From: Trypanosoma brucei
Taxonomy: Eukaryota
DNA: 64,000 nucleotides
NCBI GenBank assembly: GCA_000002445.1
Contig: CP000070.1
Span: forward strand, 1,408,001-1,472,000
Direction: 5' to 3'
Position numbers and translations under genes: made by a program. Below, piece after piece: positions 32,345 to 42,533 of the stretch. A model generated the notes under the pieces. It searched no databases. It was not told the DNA's origin and worked only from the letters and a program-made list of their open reading frames with translations. The first letter of the stretch is position 1. Each line of letters starts with the position of its first letter.

Positions 32345-35300
32345 GGCTTCCCTTCTTTCTTTTATTATTGTTATTGTCAAATGTGCAATCTGGTACCTAT
32401 CTTCTTCCTGTTTTTATTCCCCGATGGGTTGCCGTTGTTTTCTTTTTTCTTTTTCTTTTTTTTACTCCACTTGACATTATTTTATTTATTATTTTATGTC
32501 CTGCTCCTTTTTTTGTTTGTTTTCCTCTTATTTCTCCTCCATCCCTTCTTTTTTTTATTTTACTGCATTTTCTTTTCTAATTTATTTTATTATATTAAAA
32601 ATACTTTCGCCATGTCCCTCTATTTCGTATATTACCCGACTCTTTCTTTCATGTGGTTGTATCGCAATATATATTGCTATTGCTATTACTATTCCTCCTA
32701 CTATTGTTATTGTTATCTTTTATTATTTTCAAAAAAAGAATTTTTCTGTTCAATTTCTAGTTTATGTATCACTTTTTATTTGTTTGTTTATCGCCTTTGC
32801 GTTAAATAATAAATTTTATGAAAACAAAGAAGAAAGGGAAACAATCCGAAACAAAGTCTCGTTCCACACATTTTGATTCTTTTTTTTAATTGTTCCTTCT
32901 TTTTTTTTTTTTAGATCTTCCTGTTTCAAACCCTTCATTTTCCTTTTTGTTTTATTTTTATTCTCACTTCTTTACTGCAACTTTTATTTATTTATTTTGT
33001 CCTCATTTTTTTTTTTATTTCCCCCCCTCTTCCTCACTAATTTCTTCTCACCACAAAATACACGTCAGTAATCGTTGTGTTTGAAATCATATACTTAAAA
33101 TATATATATATATATATATTTTTTTTTCTCTCCATATATTTCTCCTTCATTCAACTTTTTTTTGTCCGCTTACCTTTTTTATCCCTTCCTTTCTTCTTTA
33201 AAAAAAATAATAATTAATTATTTTAATTTAAATAACTTTTTAAAGGGGTAGAAACCTTCGCAGTGGTCCTTTTTTTTGTTTTTAATTTTTATTTCTTTCC
33301 ACCTGAATTGTCTATTTTCCTTTTTGAGTTTAACGTTTATTATTATCATTATTATTTCCTTCTGTTTTTCATTGTTATTATTTTTTTTAATTTTTATTTA
33401 CTTCGTAACAAAATAAATAAAAATCAGAGAGGAAAAAAAGGAAGTCCTCCCTCTTTCTTTTCTTTTCTTTTTTTTCCCCCCTCTTCCCCCTTCAACTCAT
33501 CACTCTGCTTTCTCTTCAACAACCACATAAGTAGAAATTTTTTTTAAAATAAAAAGCTGAAGGATCAAAGTTTATATATTCCTTTCGGTTTTATTTTTCC
33601 TATTTTTCCAATTTGTATTGATTATTAAATTCTTAAATTATTACTGTTATTATTTGTTGTTATTATTATTATTTTATTTGTTATTTCTCCTTATTTATTG
33701 TGTTATTTTAAAATTTTCTTCATAATTTTTGTGTTTTTCATATTCCTTCCTTCCTTCCATTCTTTCTTTCTTTCTTTAATACCTTTATTTGTAATCATAT
33801 TATTATATTATTATTATTTTGATCAACTCCATTATTTGTTTACTGCGGCTACCACACTTTCTGCTAAAAGTTTATTACAATAATAGTAATAAATGTTGTT
33901 ATTTTTATTTGTTGTTGTGATTTTACGTCTCTTGGTTCAAGAGGAGCTTAAATTTTTTTTGTCGCATGATTGTGAACAAATATATGCAATTGATATAAAT
34001 AAATATATATTTTTTTACATGTATGTATTTATATATGCATTTCCTGATGTGCTTATATCATTTATTCTATTGTCATGATTTCATCACTATTAAAATTGTG
34101 TGCCTGTGCCTTTCTCTCTCTCTGTCTGTCTGTGTGTTATGGTTATGGTTAGGGGGAGGCACCTTTCTTTCTTTCTTATCTTTTTTTTTTTAACCTCCCC
34201 CTTTTTAAAATTAATTAATTAATTAATTAATTTTTATTTAGTTATTTATATGTCTTTTTCTTCTCTTCCACCACCTGCTCCTCCTCCTCTATTTTTTTTA
34301 ATAAAAATATATATATTTACTATCTTTTTTTATTAATTGTTATTCTTCCATTAAATATATAAATAAATATTTATGTATCTCTTTTTTATGTATTAAATTT
34401 TCTTTACTTCCATTTTCGTTCCAGTCAGTTAAACTTGTTCCCGTTTATTTAACTAAATCCCCCCCCCCCACAAAAAAAAAAGAAAAAGAGGGAATATACA
34501 ACATTAATATATAAATGCGTGCGATATAGGTGGATCTTATTAGCCTTTTGTTTTTTTTTAAAAAATCCGTCTCTTGTATTTCATTACTTTTGTTGGTATA
34601 TATTTTAACCAATTGAGGACACAACAGCTATGATAATGATGGTAATAATAAAAATATGTTGTTGTTACGATGATAATAATAATAATAATAAATATTATCA
34701 TTATTATTATTGCTATTGTGTCATATCATATCAGGGTTTCATTTATTTATAAATAAATATATATTGTTATTATATGATCGTGTGTGTTTGTGTTTTGACG
34801 TGGCTGTAGAGAAGGGGAGATTTATATTCAACTTTTTATTTGTTTTACATTTTCTTCGTTTTGTATGTATTTAAAAGAAGTAAAAATAAATAAATTAATA
34901 TATATATATATATATATATTAAAAATCTTAAGTGTCCTTCTGAGCTAAAGCTGTTGCGTGTTTATAAGAAAATGAAAAGAAAAAAAAGAAAAACGAAAGG
35001 GATAAATAGATAAAGGATCGGTGTAATAATTTTTGTTATTTGTTTATTTATATTTCCTCCCTCTTCCCTTTTATCTGTTTTTTTTCCGCATTTTCTTCGG
35101 GATTCGCTTCATCATTTATTTTGTTTATATATTTCTTTTCTTTTTTCTTTATCTTTTTCATTCGTAATTGTTATATTTATTCCCTTTTTTCCTTTTCTAT
35201 ATTTTCACCCCACTTTTATTATGATGTACATTTATATGCGTATCAAATCTGTCGATTTTATTTTATTTTATTGTTTTACTATTTTCTTTTTCTTTTGTTT

Positions 35301-37895
35301 CTTTTTGTTTTTTATTTTTATTTTATTATTATTATCATCATGTTGTGATGACTGTTTTTCTGTCCTCTCCTTTCAATTTACCATTTCTGTCTTTTTTTTA
35401 TATGTTGTTCCTATTATTTATGTCTTTTTTAAAAAAAAAAATAATTTTGGAGGAGGTCGTTGTTATTATTGTTAATACTACTTTTATTATTGTTGGTAAC
35501 TATGATAATGAGGATTGTATTATTATTATTATTATCGTTGTTATTTTCCAGCTACAATTGGGGTTGAAACGTGAGAGATGGAAAAAGAAACAATAGAAAC
35601 AAAAGAGTCAAAACGAAAAAGAGTAGAAAAGAAAAAAAGAAAAGAAATAATAATAATAATAATACAATATTGATGACAATAAAATATATAATGAATAGAA
35701 AATAAGGGAGATATGAGGCTAAAAACCCGTAGAAAAGTCACTTGGAAATATAAAACAATGAATATTTTCCAGTATGTTAAGCGAACCCGTGAACAAAATG
35801 AAAGTCAAATATCGGTAGCTATTTAAAAAGGGGGAAAAACAACAACGGCCGGAACAAATACGTAAAGAAGAGTTTATCAATCACACTTTGCACGTGTAGT
35901 GAAACTCGTTCAAATTGATTAATAGACTAATTAATTGATTAAATAATTAAAAAATCATTCAAATCATTCTTACCAACGCATCTTCCCACATTTATATAAC
36001 TATATATTTTTCAGTATTGATGTATTTTTTTCTTTTATATTTCGTAACTGTCTTTTTTTTTCCGCTTTTTTTAAAAAGAAAGAAAAATGCCTACTATGCT
36101 GCTTCGTATTTTATATTAGGCTTTTTTGACCATTTCAACCCCGACATTTACCATCAATAAAGATGGTAATAATGAAATATATATATATACATATATAACT
36201 ACGGGAGGCCTTTTATTAAATTACTATTATCGTTTTTGTTTTTGTATTGTAGACCTTCTGCCTTGAAGAAAACAAGGCATGGGTGTAGAGAGGGGAAAAA
36301 AAACTAGATGTACGAAGATAAAAAGCTTTCTCATTTACTCTCTTCTTTTTTGTGTGTTTTATTAACGTCTGTTCTTAATTTTTTTTTCTTCTTATTTCTT
36401 AATTTTATTTGTTTATATTTTACTGATGTTGTGGGAAATGCGGAAAGGAGCTACTCACTTTTTTTCTTCCACTGAAGGGGAAAAGGAAGAAAATTTAACA
36501 TATATATTTTTCATAACTAAATGATAAAAGGGATTCGAGCCGGAGAAATATAAAAAAAAATGGGGAAAGAAGAAAAGAGAGAGATATGGAGTTAAATAGG
36601 TTTGTTACGTCTGAAAAACCTTTTGTGTATAAGTAAATAATATTAATATATATATTAATATTATATTATATATATGTTTGGTATTTAAATTTCTTATAAG
36701 GGGAAAACGATTATACGTAATGCACATATAAGTATTTACAATTATATATATTTACATATTCATACGCCTATACATTCACGTATACACACTTTTTTGATCA
36801 CTTATATTTATATTCACTTATATTAATTTGATTAGCATTGGTATATATGTATGACTGTACTTGTAGACCTCTGTTTGATACATTTCATATGGAAGAAAGG
36901 AGAAGAAGGGGGAGGGAAATGAAAAAAAGAAAATGAAAGAGAAAATGGCTCTCTACTGGGATAAAAACAGGAAAATAAAATTAGGGGGGAGAAGGTGCTT
37001 GCAAAGGGAAAACGACTCTTTTTTTGTTTTGTTTTTTTATTTTTATTTTTTGTTATTTATTTGTACGCGTCTGTTTCCGGCCTAAGTTGCGCACGGGGAG
37101 TTCGGGGGGCTGTTTATTATTATTATTATTATTTTCCCGGTTTCCACCGCTTTTTGTCGTTAGTGTTTATGCTTTTGTGTTTCGGGGGAGCAACGCACAA
37201 CTGTCACTTTGTCTTCGACGTGTCCTTTTGTGCATGCTTTAAAAAAATTTTTTATTTACTTGTTGTGAGCCTTGGAGGGAGGGAAGTTGCTTCACTGTTC
37301 CTTTTCTATTATTTTTTCCTTATTTTTATTTTGGTCTCTCATCATTTTTAATGGGGGTTTTGTTTTAACTGACTGTTGTTATTTTTTTTCCCTAACTGTC
37401 TTCAATGTTTGAGCGACTGTTATAAATCTTGACTTTTGATTATTTTTATCTTTTATTATTTTATTATTTTGTTTGTTTTCCTTTTTTTTTAAAAAAACCT
37501 TTTCTCTTTCTGCGTGCGTGAGTATGTGTCTGTTTCCAGACTGACCACTTTCAAAAAGTGATTTTTTTGTACACGCAATTTGGTAATGCGATCTGGCATC
37601 AAAATGATGATAAAAATGATCTGCTTTTTAATCCCGTTGTTTCTTCTGTGTCTACCGTTTCATCAATAGTTTTTCTTTCCTTTCCACTTTCTTCTTTCTT
37701 TCTTTTTTTTCCTATTCATGAAGGGCCTCCGTGTAACCCTTTGCCTTTTTGTGATTAATACAAGCACATAATAAAACAAGCTGAAGAAAAAGGGTAGAAG
37801 GAAAGGAGAGGGACGAAAAGGAAACTGGGAGGAGAGGAGAGGAGGGGGGAGAAAGATTTTTCTCACAGCCTCCAACGACTACGACAGACTGTATT

Positions 37896-37917
37896 TCTGC
37901 ACTTGATTTCTTTTCAG
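37896..37917 (+). promoter_or_regulatory. candidate trans-splice acceptor (polypyrimidine tract + AG) 14 nt upstream of ATG 37932
   Basis: ctgcacttgatttcttttcag|gtgaggaagagcggATG. A larger polypyrimidine tract at 37670-37750 is an alternative. Confidence 0.3.
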
Positions 37918-37931
37918 GTGAGGAAGAGCGG

Positions 37932-40900
37932 ATGGAGAGAACGGAGGATGTAACATATTTAAAACTCATTCCAATGTGTACTGCAGCCGAAAGGAGTGAA
38001 GCATCACTTCTGCTCGGCACTTTCGTTGGATGTTTCAGCGAAAACGATAAATTAGATCTTGAAGTGTGTGATGACAGCCGATATGTACTGCGTGGCATAC
38101 GTAAGTCGTTACGGCAACTGGTTTATGACGGTAACGGAGTTGAGGCGAAGGAAACCCTCGAGCGACTTGTGCACATTGTTTGTGAGCGAAGGATGGCAAC
38201 AGCTGCATTGCGCTCTCCTTTTGTAGCACCGAACACCTTAACATGTTATTTGCCATCCAGTGCACAATGTGAACGGAGGGGTGGAGTTACAATGTTACGG
38301 GTGCTGCGAGAATTAGTCGGAACCGCTTCCTCGCTAAATAATTCCATCGAATTGAATGAATCCGGCGATTACACCGGATGGCCTGTTTCTGTATTGCCTT
38401 GCCCTTTATTGTACGTTGTGTACTATTTGACCAGCGCTCAATGTAGCGAGGGCTCAAAGGACGACTTCTGCAGTCCGTGGGCAAAGCTATTTTTCGGCGA
38501 GTTACTGTCGTTAGAAGGAACTGAGAATGATGAACTTGAAGCTGTAGTGGCATCTTACGATGATATGCCGGGTACGTGTACGTGTGGGCCAACATCACGT
38601 GAAAATCTTCCACATACGCAGCAGCCGCTTCTAATGAAAAAGATCCGGCATAATATTACACGGCTCTTCTCCACTTCATTTCCTCACCATGGTGCGTGGC
38701 GTCTACTTTCTTTCATGGATGTCTATTCAGCGTGGATAAGGCGGGATTTGCACCGTGCATTGGATGGCGCTACGCAAGCATTGCATGCTGCGACGTTTGG
38801 CGAAGACAAATGCACTATGCTGTGGATTGCACGACATGTTTTGCGGTTTATTCATGCTTTTGCTGTTGCAGCAACGACAAACTTGGCGAACCACGACTCG
38901 CGACGTGAGATGGAATATAAGCTCGAGCACGTAAACTCTCATTACAATTCCTCCGATGACGACAGTTTTGCATGCAATGATAGCATCGCCAGCCAATTGT
39001 ATTTTCCACATTCCCCGTCTTTGCTCTTGGATGTGCGGGAGAATTTCCGCTTTGTGTTGTTTAGCGATTGGCCTGATTGCAGTGAGGCAGGTGAGCGTCG
39101 TGGAGAGGACAAAACGACATTCTGCAGAGGTGATGGTGTTGCATCCCGGCAAACAAAGCACGTAAACCACCGGCGCTCCAGCGGGAATAGTGATAACCTC
39201 CCAAGTGGAAGCGCCACGTCTCGGCAGTTCGGCACTTGCCGGGTCTCGTTATTTGTCTCTCTTCTGGAAGTGTGGCTTCGCGCTAAAAAACATACTGATG
39301 CTGGTGAGATGGTCGAATCCCGCATCTTGATAGTAAATACTCTGGACAGCCTGTTTGACAATAGCGCTTCCGATGAGGTGCCAAAAGGACCGTTCTCCGC
39401 ATGGGAGCACCGCACTGCCGAATACATGTGTCCAATTCAGTGGCTTCGTCAAGTGCTACTTGTCAACTGTGCAGCACTTGTCGACAGTCCAACCGTTTTG
39501 CACATGCTTTGGAATTGGCCCCATCCACTTACTACAGGGGAGTCAGTTTTCCTGGCCGTGTGCCCAACGCTAACCGCTGGTGGGTTGCACTCACCCATCC
39601 TCTCTTGTGTTCCCTTCTGCCCAACGACTTCACCGATGTGCTTGGATGATTTTATTCAACTTGTGGATTGTTGGCCCCTTCCTGTGCAGGTGCCATTGTT
39701 GATGCAGCGGATTTGGTATAAGCAACAGGAACTTCAGCGGCCATCTGTCGACAAGGGGGGTAACAGAAACACCAAGGGCTATAATTCTACAGAAGATGAT
39801 ATGTGCTGTGAGGAAGGAGAACGACGACTTTCTCTGCAGTGGGAAGTTTTACATCTTTGTGAGATCCTTGTTGACCGTGCACGAGGACTATCTGGAACTC
39901 TCGAATTAAGTTTCACGGAATGCTCTCCACACCGCGCTCTGCTCGAGGCAATTACGACGGTGTGCGAGTTGCAGGAGGATATTCTACGCGTAACAGCTAC
40001 CTGTTTAGCGGGTGATCACCAAACTTCTTCATCCAGATCGCCGAGCAGCGGCAGCGTCAGTAGCGACGGCACTGAGGTTGAGGTCCCAAATCGTGCAGAC
40101 ATCACAACTGCTTTGGGTTCATGTGAAGAGCTTGTTTGCCTTCGTTGCAGAGAAGCATTTGAAGATTCTGCTTCATTATTCCATAGGAATGGACCGACTG
40201 ATAAGGATGACCAACGTGAGAAGTTGGCTGGTAGTGGCGGCCACAAAACCAATGCAACGGAAGATCCACTGTTGTTTCATTTATTTCCCATCATCTCGAC
40301 CACAAAACCAGTGGTGGCGCATGAAGTATTTTGGCTTGCGCACAAGCAACTGCCCCGGTGGGCTGCGGTTTTCCTGCAAAACTACGGTTACCTCAAGGTT
40401 TCTGCGGCTGTGTGCAGGCTGCGGATTGCAGCCGCTGCCTTCGATCCCACGACACCACAACTCGCGGCGGAGATGCTGGCTGCTTTTCCTAATAATGCGG
40501 TGGTAGCTGTTCATGCTGCTGCATCGTTATTTGCGAGTCTTCACATTGTTCAGGCGAAACAATGCATCAACGAGGCGGTTCAGGAGTACCCTCACTCAGC
40601 GGAGTTGCACCGTGTTTTCCACATGATACATTCCAGCGGTAACAGAAAGCAGCTGAGGGACCAGCTTAAGGAAACGCCTCAACGCAGTCGGCACAAGAAT
40701 ATTGCAGGTATTACTTACTCGCATCAGTACCGTGGGATGTGTACTGTGCGCTACAAGGTTGCGCAATGCGACAGTGTTGCACACTGGTTGCAAGTATTTG
40801 CCTCTGTTGTCTGTGTGTTTTTTTGGATAGCTTCACTCGGCCTCTATTTTTTTGATAATGTTTTAAGAACCGCGGTAGATGTCAGTGATTCCCCGCCACC

Positions 40901-42155
40901 TTCATTCCAGACTTCTAACGAAACAGCGATTGATGGCACACCGACGCATGGTGCAAGAAGACGCTGGTCGTTTAAGTTATTTTTTTCTCCTCTTATTTAC
41001 CTTTCTGCGTTTCTTCTTGTATACGCGATTACCGCTGCCGTTGTTGTTCCCATTCTTGCGGGACGTCAATCTAAATGGAAACGGCGATGTGCACTCGTGA
41101 ACAGGTTCCTTCGCTCTTTGCTTGAGGAGCAATCTCTTGTGAACACTGCTCTTAACAGAATAAACTTCTGTCTTCGCGGTATGGCACTTGTGAACATCAT
41201 AACAGCTGTACAGCTCGTCACAAGCAACATAATTTCCCTTCGTACCCCAGATTATCGTCTTGAAGCGACGAACTGGATGAGCACTAAGTCCCATGTACCA
41301 AATACGTTACCGGATGGTGATTTTACCAATTGGTGTATTGCTTTGTCGCTTCTACTACCTGTGCTTTTATTTGGAGTTGCCTTTCATGGTACCGCGTGGC
41401 GAGTGGTGCGTGGCTGCGATACTATGGTAGGATCCGCAACAACGTATACTACCGTTTTTTTCATTGACTTAACCACTTTTATTATATTTTTTCCTCTTCA
41501 CTTTATCTGTTCTGTGTTGGTAGAACCACTACTTTTTACTCTTGTGGCTGCGTTTACCATCGGGACATCATTACCTGTACTGCTTGAGCGACTACCTCTT
41601 GTGCCACCCGACAGCCTGCTCCACCCTTTGAGTTGTCCAAGCGCCGATGAAAAAAAACAGTGCCATGACAGAAACGACTTCTGTGCTCGATCGGCATCTT
41701 TCTTTTCTAATCGGTTACTTGCGAATATGCCACCCACGAAGTGGTCACCCAATCTCAACTGTGTAAGAGCACTGCTCTGCGCACACGAGGTGGTGTGGCC
41801 TCCGGACAGGGCACAGAAAACTAAATCCCAACATCGCTTCAACAATTTTTGCAGTGGCATTAATAACACTAATGGTTGCCAACACCCCCTCCAACAACTG
41901 CTTTGCCGCTGCATCAGGTGGTACATTACGATGCACAGTTTTCTTTTCTGGGGCTCGGTCGCTCGTTATGAAAAAAGCAGATCAGCGGTACGTTTGGAAC
42001 TCGTCCATGAGGGATACAGGGAGTTTTTTCAACCACAATCAGCTGCGTCATGGGAAACCGCAACGCAGGACAGTAACGAACTTCGGGTGGTCACACTCCC
42101 TTTTAAATCGTTAGACCATCAAAAAATGCCAAAATCAGAAACATTGTTTGGTTGA
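37932..42155 (+). CDS. large hypothetical multi-pass membrane protein, 1407 aa (about 950-aa soluble N-terminal region plus C-terminal cluster of at least 6 predicted TM helices)
   Basis: ATG at 37932, directly after a polypyrimidine tract and AG (cttgatttcttttcag, AG at 37916-17). Hydrophobic helices lie between about 40780 and 41600 (VAHWLQVFASVVCVFFWIASLGLYFF; FKLFFSPLIYLSAFLLVYAITAAVVVPILAG; GMALVNIITAVQLVTSNIISL; WCIALSLLLPVLLFGVAFHGTAW; TTVFFIDLTTFIIFFPLHFICSVLVEPLLFTLVAAFTIGTSLPVLL). No recognised catalytic motif. Confidence 0.6.
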   Translation: MERTEDVTYLKLIPMCTAAERSEASLLLGTFVGCFSENDKLDLEVCDDSRYVLRGIRKSLRQLVYDGNGVEAKETLERLVHIVCERRMATAALRSPFVAPNTLTCYLPSSAQCERRGGVTMLRVLRELVGTASSLNNSIELNESGDYTGWPVSVLPCPLLYVVYYLTSAQCSEGSKDDFCSPWAKLFFGELLSLEGTENDELEAVVASYDDMPGTCTCGPTSRENLPHTQQPLLMKKIRHNITRLFSTSFPHHGAWRLLSFMDVYSAWIRRDLHRALDGATQALHAATFGEDKCTMLWIARHVLRFIHAFAVAATTNLANHDSRREMEYKLEHVNSHYNSSDDDSFACNDSIASQLYFPHSPSLLLDVRENFRFVLFSDWPDCSEAGERRGEDKTTFCRGDGVASRQTKHVNHRRSSGNSDNLPSGSATSRQFGTCRVSLFVSLLEVWLRAKKHTDAGEMVESRILIVNTLDSLFDNSASDEVPKGPFSAWEHRTAEYMCPIQWLRQVLLVNCAALVDSPTVLHMLWNWPHPLTTGESVFLAVCPTLTAGGLHSPILSCVPFCPTTSPMCLDDFIQLVDCWPLPVQVPLLMQRIWYKQQELQRPSVDKGGNRNTKGYNSTEDDMCCEEGERRLSLQWEVLHLCEILVDRARGLSGTLELSFTECSPHRALLEAITTVCELQEDILRVTATCLAGDHQTSSSRSPSSGSVSSDGTEVEVPNRADITTALGSCEELVCLRCREAFEDSASLFHRNGPTDKDDQREKLAGSGGHKTNATEDPLLFHLFPIISTTKPVVAHEVFWLAHKQLPRWAAVFLQNYGYLKVSAAVCRLRIAAAAFDPTTPQLAAEMLAAFPNNAVVAVHAAASLFASLHIVQAKQCINEAVQEYPHSAELHRVFHMIHSSGNRKQLRDQLKETPQRSRHKNIAGITYSHQYRGMCTVRYKVAQCDSVAHWLQVFASVVCVFFWIASLGLYFFDNVLRTAVDVSDSPPPSFQTSNETAIDGTPTHGARRRWSFKLFFSPLIYLSAFLLVYAITAAVVVPILAGRQSKWKRRCALVNRFLRSLLEEQSLVNTALNRINFCLRGMALVNIITAVQLVTSNIISLRTPDYRLEATNWMSTKSHVPNTLPDGDFTNWCIALSLLLPVLLFGVAFHGTAWRVVRGCDTMVGSATTYTTVFFIDLTTFIIFFPLHFICSVLVEPLLFTLVAAFTIGTSLPVLLERLPLVPPDSLLHPLSCPSADEKKQCHDRNDFCARSASFFSNRLLANMPPTKWSPNLNCVRALLCAHEVVWPPDRAQKTKSQHRFNNFCSGINNTNGCQHPLQQLLCRCIRWYITMHSFLFWGSVARYEKSRSAVRLELVHEGYREFFQPQSAASWETATQDSNELRVVTLPFKSLDHQKMPKSETLFG

Positions 42156-42533
42156 AAAATACTATCCTTCAAGTTGCCTCATTTCTTTTTATTTTTCAAC
42201 ACTTTAATGGTTTTTTGTCGTTTTTTTTTCCAACTTGAACTACCTGTACTACCGTTGCATTTTTTTTTATGAAGTTGGGGTGTTCTCTGCCTTTTTTGTG
42301 GAGATGCAGCCATACTTTGTTACCACTAACGAGTGTGGTAGCTATCTTTTTCGGCTACAGTCGTCACGGATAAGGATGCCTTGCGTGCATTGTGCCGCCA
42401 TCCCTCCATGTATGTCTTCTTGATGATACTCGTTTACTTCTTTCTTTGACCTTTCCCACTGTTTATTTTTGCTGACGTGTACGAAAGAGGCACTGTGACA
42501 CTCCAGTTGCAATTAAGTAATAACACCTGAGGT

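Larger units (their letters stand above)
31281..37931. other. about 6.6 kb gene-free low-complexity region of the same character
   Basis: T-rich 31300-31500 and 32340-33540; (CA)n(TA)n at 31836-31900; (TTAA)n at 34200-34230; (ATA)n/(TAT)n imperfect palindrome at about 34655-34700. No coding-like ORF. Confidence 0.7.

Noticed and set aside
42235-42423. 62-aa small ORF conserved in both duplication copies (also 48787..49002), upstream of the A paralogs
   Set aside because: Its conservation is uninformative because the whole cassette is near-identical. It lies in polypyrimidine-rich 5' flank, is more likely UTR, and at best is an unverified uORF.
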